NCBI GenBank assembly: GCA_964187785.1
Contig: OZ076413.1
Location: forward strand, 50,098,001 to 50,162,000
Length of the DNA: 64,000 nt
Reading direction: 5' to 3'
Origin: Amphiscolops sp. MND2022
Taxonomy: Eukaryota
In this document: positions 56,370 through 64,000 of the stretch, in pieces
How the letters are laid out: every line of letters begins with the position of its first letter
Numbering within the stretch: the stretch's first letter is position 1
Position numbers and translations under genes: made by a program
Notes under the pieces: generated by a model
Seen by the model: only the letters and a program-made list of their open reading frames with translations
Database searches by the model: none
Told to the model about the DNA's origin: nothing

Positions 56370-58282
56370 TGCCGCAGGTTGGCGTCTGCGATGGGAACTA
56401 CTATCAAATAGCTCCAGCAATAGCAACAATTTCCCTATGCAACCAGGCGTGTTGCCACTCCAGGTCAAAGAGACCGTCGGTCCTTTAAAAGTACGAACTG
56501 ATTTCGTTTGAAAAGTATACTCTTACTGTCCAAGATTTTGTACACTTCTGGTTTATTTAGTCGGCGCTTCATGAAGTGGAACACGACTATTGTAGTGAAT
56601 TTTCTTCAATCCACACGAACTTACCAAAATAGTTCCTAAAAAATGTACGAAATTTTTTGGTACCAAATTGAAACAAACGGAACCAAAAAAATCCTCTTTT
56701 TTCCGCATAACATACAATACCGAGAGAGGCTAAAGCGTCCCCCTTTCAATTTTTTCAGCACTGTGGTTTTTTTCGAAAAATGTTTTCAGCAATGTGTCCC
56801 CTTTCATTTTTTTGATGTTTTGCAACAATGGACTTTAAAAAACGCCGATGGGTCCCAGGCGCGCAAGTTCGGTCGTTTTTCGTGAGTTTGATACTCTTTT
56901 TGTGATACTTTGAGTTCTTTAAAACCTCCATGTCCTTTTGCTCTTTTTGAGCCTTAGATGTGGCACCGATTTATGCCGCTCCCGGCTTGTTATTTATAAC
57001 AGTGTGTTTGTTAATTGTCATGTAAACCAGTAGAACTAGTTGTCTTTAGATATAAGAAACTTAGAATACCTAATCAATGCAACTCGCAAAGTTGACAGAA
57101 ACGCATTCAAATAGAAATCAGTTCTTCTCTATTAGACGCGTGGTCCACTCATTCAATCAACCAATCAAATTTGAGAACGTGTACATTCATTTATTTACAG
57201 TCTTTTGGACCGTCGGTCAAGCGCATGAAATTAGTTATTGTATTAGCTACTCTATATGTAAATAAATACTAGTGAAGGAGCTGTCAATAAAAATATTAGA
57301 CTTAGAAGGCCTTTACGTTGCCCTATTTTCCCTCTGACATATTTATAGCTTCAAATCCTCTGAAGTTTTTATTTGTATCCTGACTTCATACTTACGCAAT
57401 AATGACGTTTAGCCAAGAGGGCCTTTATCCTTACTTAGATGCTATTTTAGTAACGTGACCGCCGTTGATTTTGAGTGTCATGTTTTCCCTACTTTGAATA
57501 AGATGACCCTGGAGTCCAAGGGATACAATTCTGATAGTTCAACTCAACTGCAACTCAAAACCGCTTTGATATCTATTCACCATCTCTTCCCTCTGTTTAC
57601 TTTCCCGTTTGAATGGACATAATTCCGAGAAACTGGTCGAGATAATACATATTTGACAATAAAGTATTGCTGGATAATCATTTCCTTGATGTCTTCAACT
57701 ATAAAACAGAAAGCAGAGAAAAGCGCTCCAGGCAATCAGACGTCATGTCAGACATAGACAATTTTGACGTAATGTTAGCTTGTTTTCTACCATATGAATT
57801 GGAGAGTGACCATGAAGATCTAAATAACGAAATGGACCTTAAGTCCAGCAGACCTTGGCCGGAAATGGTCCAATTAAGCGAGAGTTTTACATCGCTATAG
57901 CTACACAAACAGCAAGGAAAATATTGAAACCACCATTGAGACTAGATTAATTGTAGATTAATAAACTTGGAGATCACAAGTCAAGTTCTTAGGAACTCGA
58001 ATGGACTGAAAAGAGACTTGAATACACGAATTCTTTACTATATAAATTCAGCGATAAGCTGAAAAGTACTTCCTGCAATTCAAAATACTATTGGTAGTAA
58101 AATGACTGGATTTGGGGGAAATGCGGACCACAGGTCCAGTAGACTGAAAGGGACCGCCGAAGTTAAAAATTCCAGGAAAGCTTGGGGAATTCACCCAGTG
58201 TCGGATCGAAACTTGGGTAATCAACGTAATTCAACTAGGGAAACCTCATTAGATTCCCAACGAAGTGTAATTGATTACGACA
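56370..58282 (+). mobile_element. Solo LTR with a decayed ORF and a nested insertion
   Basis: TGCCGCA...TACGACA ends, 5-bp TSD ATTGT (56365-56369 and 58283-58287), homologous to the element starting at 62525. Confidence 0.75.
56556..56991 (+). mobile_element. Helentron-associated (HINE/DINE-1-like) non-autonomous element nested in the solo LTR
   Basis: Starts TTTAGTCGGCGC and ends GGCACCGAT..GCCG..CGGCTTGTT; homologous to 58297-58979. Confidence 0.6.
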
Positions 58283-58296
58283 ATTGTCCAGTAGTT

Positions 58297-58979
58297 TTTA
58301 GTCGGCGCTTCATGAAGTGAAACGCGACTGTTATAGTGACTCTTTTTTTTCTATCCACACGAACTGACCAAAATAGTTCTTAAAAGTTCTACAAAATATT
58401 ATGGTGTCAAATAACACCATTTGGCCTAGCGAACTGGACCAAAATGGTTTTACCTGTTTTTCCGCGTAACATATCATACCGGGCGAGACCAAAGAGTCCC
58501 CCCTTTCAATTTTTTTCGGCACTGCGAGACATTTTTTTTCGGATTTTTTTTTCGAATTTTTTTCCTCAAAGGGTCCCCCCTGCATTTTTTTGATGTTTTG
58601 CGACAGAATGGATGTTGGAAAATCCCAAAGGGTTCCTCCTTTCAGTTTTTTTCGGCATTGTGAGATTTTCTCCCGAAAATAAAAAAAATTTTTTCCTTCA
58701 ATTTTTTCATGTTTTGGGACAGAATGGATGTTGAAAAACCTCAAAGGGTCCCCCCTTTCAGTTTTTCGGCATTGTGAGACGTTAGCGCGCCAGGGGCTCG
58801 CGGTAGCGAGCCCCGGCGCGCCACTCGGTCCATTTTTTTAGTATGTAATTTTTTCAAAAAAAAACTTTCGAAAATTTTTCGATTTTCGACTACTGTAAAC
58901 GAATACTTGACACTTGGAAGTCTTTTTGCTATTTTTGAGCCTTGGATATGGCGCCGACTTGGGCCGGTGCCGGCTTGTT
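58297..58979 (+). mobile_element. Helentron-associated (HINE/DINE-1-like) non-autonomous element
   Basis: Subterminal inverted repeats AGTCGGCGC (58300) / GCGCCGACT (58951), 3' hairpin GCCGG-TG-CCGGC, T-rich ends. Confidence 0.65.
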
Positions 58980-60546
58980 AGGTTTAGAGTGAGTTTCCAA
59001 TAACTTTAAATTTAATGTTTTTCTGACGCTGCTTTTTTCTCCAAATCAGCTCGTAGGACATTTCTTTTGCCATTTTGGCTTCTAAGTAAAATTTTTCTTG
59101 GCAACATGCCTGTCTTGATAAGATCTTACAATGGCAAAATGAAAGCCATAGCAAGATCTTGACAAGATATCTTACTAAGATATCCATGGAGGGTCAATCC
59201 GGGTACACAATAGCTCCGATAACAGCAAACAGTCCCTAATTGAAATCCAAACTATCAAAAATATTTTCTCCACGAGTTTCAATCATGAAAATAGTGACAA
59301 AACTTTCGAATTTTATCAATACTGTTAGAAATAACTGTTAATTTAGATTTAAATACTGAGTTCCGAAACACTGTCTGTCAAGAGTTTTCTTGAAACGTCT
59401 CTTTTATAAAATTTCGCAATTGTATTAAAAATACCAACGAATTGTAATTAGTATCAATTGTCTTAGCTGCAAATGGACGCTAGTAGTGAACGTCTTAGTA
59501 ACAATTGCTATCAACAGGCGCCCGAGTAGCAATTACCCAAAAAAGGTCCAATAAATTGAATTTCCATGTAATTACCAAAAGTGTTTCCTGAAATTTTTGT
59601 CAAAAGAGTAGGTATCACATGAAATAAAGGGCTATACAATTTTTGGCGAGTGATATTAGTTGTCCTTAGGGTTTTGCCAACATAGCGCAATAAGCGGTAC
59701 AAGGTTAATCATTGTGTGTCATGAATTTTGATGACTCCAAAAAATTTGATATTTGCTAATCGTAGAAAAATCGTGTGAATATATCCATCATTTCACAATA
59801 AAAGAGTGCACTGTTTTATTGTGAAATGATGGATATGTTCACATGAATGTTTTACGATTAGCAAATATCAAATTTTTCTGCCCTGTTTTCAATGTTCCTC
59901 TGTCTCCAGCCAACCTCACACTGAAACGACTACTTTTTGCGCATTTTGTAAGGATATTACCATTACAATGTCGAAAGTCTAAAACATATCCAAAGGGTCT
60001 GTCTCTTTTTCAAATATTTTGGGTCTCTCTTTCAAAGGGTTCGTTTCTTTTTCGTATTGTTTGACACCCTGTGGCTAAGGGCCCAGTTGATTTTGCTTTC
60101 TTTGAAATGCAAACTCTGTATGACATCAAGGTGAGCCACAATGGGACTTTTATGGGCACTGTGGTTTTTTCTGAATATACTGTTCCTCAAAAAACCCCTG
60201 AGCACATTTCATTGTGATCTCTAAATATGGCGAGGCTACTGTCAGAATTAACATTTGTTACCCAACGACCGCCAAATTTTCCACATGCGGAACAATGATG
60301 AACCGAATGTTTCAGTTACTTGAGTTCTTGGAAAAGAACATGACTATGATCTGTAGAATCTCAAAATTTACAAAATTAACTACTTCTGACAATCAATAGA
60401 CATTTTTACGAAACAATATGTAAACTAAAACGTTTTTTTCTCAATATGCTTGAGCTGCAAAATTGAAACAAAAACTACGCAATACTTCTTCCAACTAAAA
60501 GTTGCGAGAAGAAACTGCTGAAATGTGGACAATTCATCTTTTCAAT

Positions 60547-61761
60547 CGTAAAGCGACAATTCGTCCAAAGCGACGATTCGTCCCAAGCGACGATTCGTCC
60601 CAAGCGACAATTCGTCCCAAATTCCAAAAAGCGACAATTCGTCCCAAGCGAAAATTCGTCCCGTTTTGAAAAGGCGACAATTCGTCCTAATTATTAAAAG
60701 CTGCAATTTGTCTCCAATTTAATTGCCAATAAAGACCTTTGTAATAATGAATCCGGAAAGATTACAATTAGAGGCAGGTGCCAACAATTAATGTGACGAC
60801 AAGCGCTGGCGCTCAACCGACTCTTAGAAGTGGAGGAAGTAGAACTGTGAATGTGATCCGGGACTTAGATCTCCACGGCCCTAGCTCATTTTGCCTCCGA
60901 GGGAGCCAGTCCCAGGGTGGGGGAACTGTCTTATAGGATGCTCTTTGGCCTGGTCCCAGTCTGTAACAGCTAAGAATAACAGGCATATTCCTTGGGCTAA
61001 AGACCACTGCTTAATTAGCCTCTGAAAAGGGGGCCGAAAGACTGAATTAGAGTTAAACCATAGTTTAGGGAAATCTGACAAATCGCCAATAATGAACAGT
61101 AGCACAGATGGTATTTAGACAGCTCTCGAGCACATCAATCTAAACTACAACAAATACATCAAATATAACAGTTTGAGTCCGTCCTTCGTAAAAAGATCAA
61201 AAAGAATACCCGAGCTGGTAGCACCACAGAACACCACAAGGATTTGCAGGCAGACATCTGTATTCACGGGTTTCTGCTACAAAAGTAGAGAAATCTTGTC
61301 GGAGATAGGCACAATGCCGTGAAAAATTATCAGAATAGCTGCATTAGCTGCTGGTATTGCTGTTTTCGTTCTCGCGGGTGGCGTCTCATTGCTTTTAAGA
61401 CTGTTTTTCCGGCAGGTCTTTGACCGCAAACATGTTCAGGCTGCCACGTCAGATTTGAACGAAGGTTTGGTACTTTGTTGAAAGTCAATGAAAACTGTTG
61501 ACATCATCAGTTGCCGTTATATCATTTTAACATTCCACGACTAGTACGTTAAAATGCAACTTTTTCTAATTATTGTCACCTGGTTGAATGAATTCATTTG
61601 TAGTTGGTTTGATTTTTTCTTTCATTTCAACCTTCAAAAGGTTGGTAATTAGCTGATCCATTAAACAATTTGGGACGAATTGTCGCTTTTTACAAATGGG
61701 ACCAATTGTCGCCTTTTCAAAATGGGACGAATTGACGCTTGGGACGAATTGTCGCCCAACC
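60547..61761. mobile_element. MULE/Foldback-type non-autonomous element
   Basis: 9-bp TSD CTTTTCAAT (60538-60546 and 61762-61770). Arrays of AAGCGACAATTCGTCCC are inverted at the two ends. Confidence 0.8.
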
Positions 61762-62524
61762 CTTTTCAATACTTTGACACGAAAGTTGGTTTCATAAGGT
61801 TTCAACTAGGGTTCTAAAAAAGTTTTATGAATAAGACTTTTTCAAACAACTACTAAGATGTCGAGTTCTTAAAAGTATCCTGTTGCAGCGATCATTAAAT
61901 ATACACTGTGGTTGTTTCAACTGTATTTTTTTCTACGTAATATTTAAAACTTAAATTGTGACTGCATCGAAGTTTTGTATATAGAATTTGAGGACCCTGA
62001 ATGGAAAAAATAGACCCTTTGTAAAAATAATTCCTTCTGAGCCAATCTGATTGCCCATGACGAACTTGCGAATTTTGTATGAACGAATATTGGCAGCAAA
62101 AATTGCAATGAGTATTACAACGAATCATCGAAACTTATGAAATATATACATTGATTTCGAAGAACTGAAAAACAAGAAGTATTTTAGTAGAAAAGCTCCG
62201 TAATGATTGGTTTTGTGAAATTTCAGGAATTAGTGAGGGATATTTTTTTTCAAGTGGGAAAGCTTGTATGGAAGAAATCGTTTCCAGGGCGAAAGATAAA
62301 ATCCAAAATGCATTATAATGTTGAAAACAGTGCAAAATATCTTGAAACTTTTGCCTAGATCTTGTATATTCGTACATATTTCCGTTTAATTCTGAAAGTT
62401 TTGATAAGATCTTGATTATTCTTGCTTCACATAATTTTTTAAAAATGAGATTCTGGTAGAAGCTTAATCAATAATGTCAAGAAAATAAGTAGTTTGCAAA
62501 ACAAACATTAACTTTGTTTACAAT

Positions 62525-64000
62525 TGTCGCAGGCTCCCGCCTGCGATGGGAACTTTTACACCATCAATTACAGCTGTTTTCGCGCCCTCCCAGGTACTCT
62601 GCCAATAAACTAGAGGAAAGGACCATGTGTCCCATTGTCATGACGGGACAAAAACTTTAAACTGAATTTGTAATATTTTACGGCATGTCTATTATTCTAT
62701 TTTCAGTTTTGACAGCCTTATATATAAAATCTTGCGCAAATTATTAATCGGAAATACCATTTGGTTAGTTGAAAACTACGAAGTTGATTTTGATACATTG
62801 ATGCATGTAAACACTGTATATTTAATGTATTAGCTAAGAAATTGGACACCAAGGCGTACAAGAAAGGAAACGAGTTCAAATGTTTCCTCTCCTGTCTCGC
62901 TGGACACGCAGTCCGTCCAAATTCTTAGCCAATCAGAACACGCCATTCATTTCATTCACTGTGCGCAGTATTCTAAATTAAAGGACTCTAAGGCCACGCG
63001 CCGTCAGCTAGTAGTAATTTGCCGCCTATTTACGGTAAATGGACACTGAGTCCTTATTAAAGTAAAGTGCAATTTACAGTGGTAAATAAGGGCTATGATT
63101 GGTGTTTCTAATAAATACTCGTTTTGATGAAGAGTACTGGACCATTTGTACCATTTGATGCTAGATATTAATAATTTACATGAATACTCAGATTAATGAG
63201 TTGGTACATGTAAGTTATGGTTGATCAAATGTAATTGCATGTAATGTTGCTTAACCTCATATACGAAAGGCCTTGAGGGATGCTTGGACCTACAATCCTT
63301 CTATATATGGAATTGTTGAAGGCGCTTGAATAAATCACCCCTTTGAAGTGACCCTTTCGTCATGCCGCCTTCATGGCTATAAATAGTAGGCGCTATTTTT
63401 AGATAACTGTGAAGGCTATTTTTAGAACGTGACCCTCATTATTTTGCAAGTCATGTAAATCTGAGTATATATACCGTGGACCCTAGGTCCCAAGGACTTT
63501 TTCAATTTCCTTGATACCGTAATACTCAAACTTGTTAAAATCGTTTCAACATACTCTGTTTGCAAGCCTGAGAACATAATTTAAATTCTTACCTCTTGCA
63601 ATAAACTCTTATGCCTTCCACAAGAAGACAGAAAGCGAAAGCTAGAAAATCCAAAGAGATGGACATGTTGTCCGATATGGATAATTTAGACGTGATGATA
63701 GGGAGTGAAAACCCTTTAGAAAGAGAGTTAGCAGATGTAATAGACCAATCTTCCATTAATGGTGACATAGAAATTGGTAGTCACTCAAGAAATGATCTTG
63801 GAAATTTCATTCAAGGAAATGAGCCTCATGGTCGAAACGACATAAGACAATCCTTTGAAACCTTTTCAAATGAATTTAATCTTAGGTTATCTCAAGAGAT
63901 GGATTCCATGATGGCCATGGTACATAGTCAGATAAATAGAGCAATCAGTACCGCTATATCAGAGAAGGTGTTACCGGAGATTCAGAATATTGTGAGTTCA
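62525..64000 (+). mobile_element. LTR of a further retroelement, running off the window
   Basis: Starts TGTCGCAGG..CTGCGATGGGAAC like the solo LTR at 56370. Confidence 0.65.
63611..64000 (+). CDS. ORF starting inside the LTR (probable Gag N-terminus), partial
   Basis: 130 open codons MPSTRRQKAKARKSKEMDMLSDMDNLDVMIG...AISEKVLPEIQNIVSS. Decayed homolog in the solo LTR (SDIDNFDVML; NSAIS*KVLPAIQN). Confidence 0.65.
   Translation, partial: MPSTRRQKAKARKSKEMDMLSDMDNLDVMIGSENPLERELADVIDQSSINGDIEIGSHSRNDLGNFIQGNEPHGRNDIRQSFETFSNEFNLRLSQEMDSMMAMVHSQINRAISTAISEKVLPEIQNIVSS

Overview
Repeat-rich eukaryotic DNA, probably from an invertebrate animal (spliceosomal introns, no bacterial features, a 200-N gap at 8324-8523). 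Almost everything recognisable is mobile DNA. The centrepiece is an apparently intact, very young 19.2-kb Ty3/gypsy-type endogenous retrovirus-like element on the minus strand (24226-43459). It has 2074-bp LTRs differing at only 4 positions by eye, a CGAG target-site duplication and an 18-nt PBS. It encodes gag, a -1 frameshifted pol with a TARG1/OARD1-like macrodomain between protease and RT, and a class III (chuvirus-G/gB-like) envelope. It also carries an unusually large accessory set: a RING-less TRAF-domain protein, two paralogous unknown proteins, a basic putative regulator, a small membrane protein in the LTR, a spliced antisense gene, and duplicated structured RNA elements. Most sense accessory ORFs have their own splice acceptor, as in a complex retrovirus. 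A second notable system is a 6.3-kb TIR DNA transposon (984-7294) with no visible transposase. It carries a multi-exon C2H2-zinc-finger + KDM2/KDM7-type JmjC gene and many copies of an 18-bp palindromic motif, making it a candidate sequence-specific anti-silencing module. The rest is two decayed BEL/Pao elements, a solo LTR and a related LTR with an ORF, MULE-type and Helentron-type non-autonomous elements, and simple repeats. All protein assignments are motif recognition by eye, not database searches.
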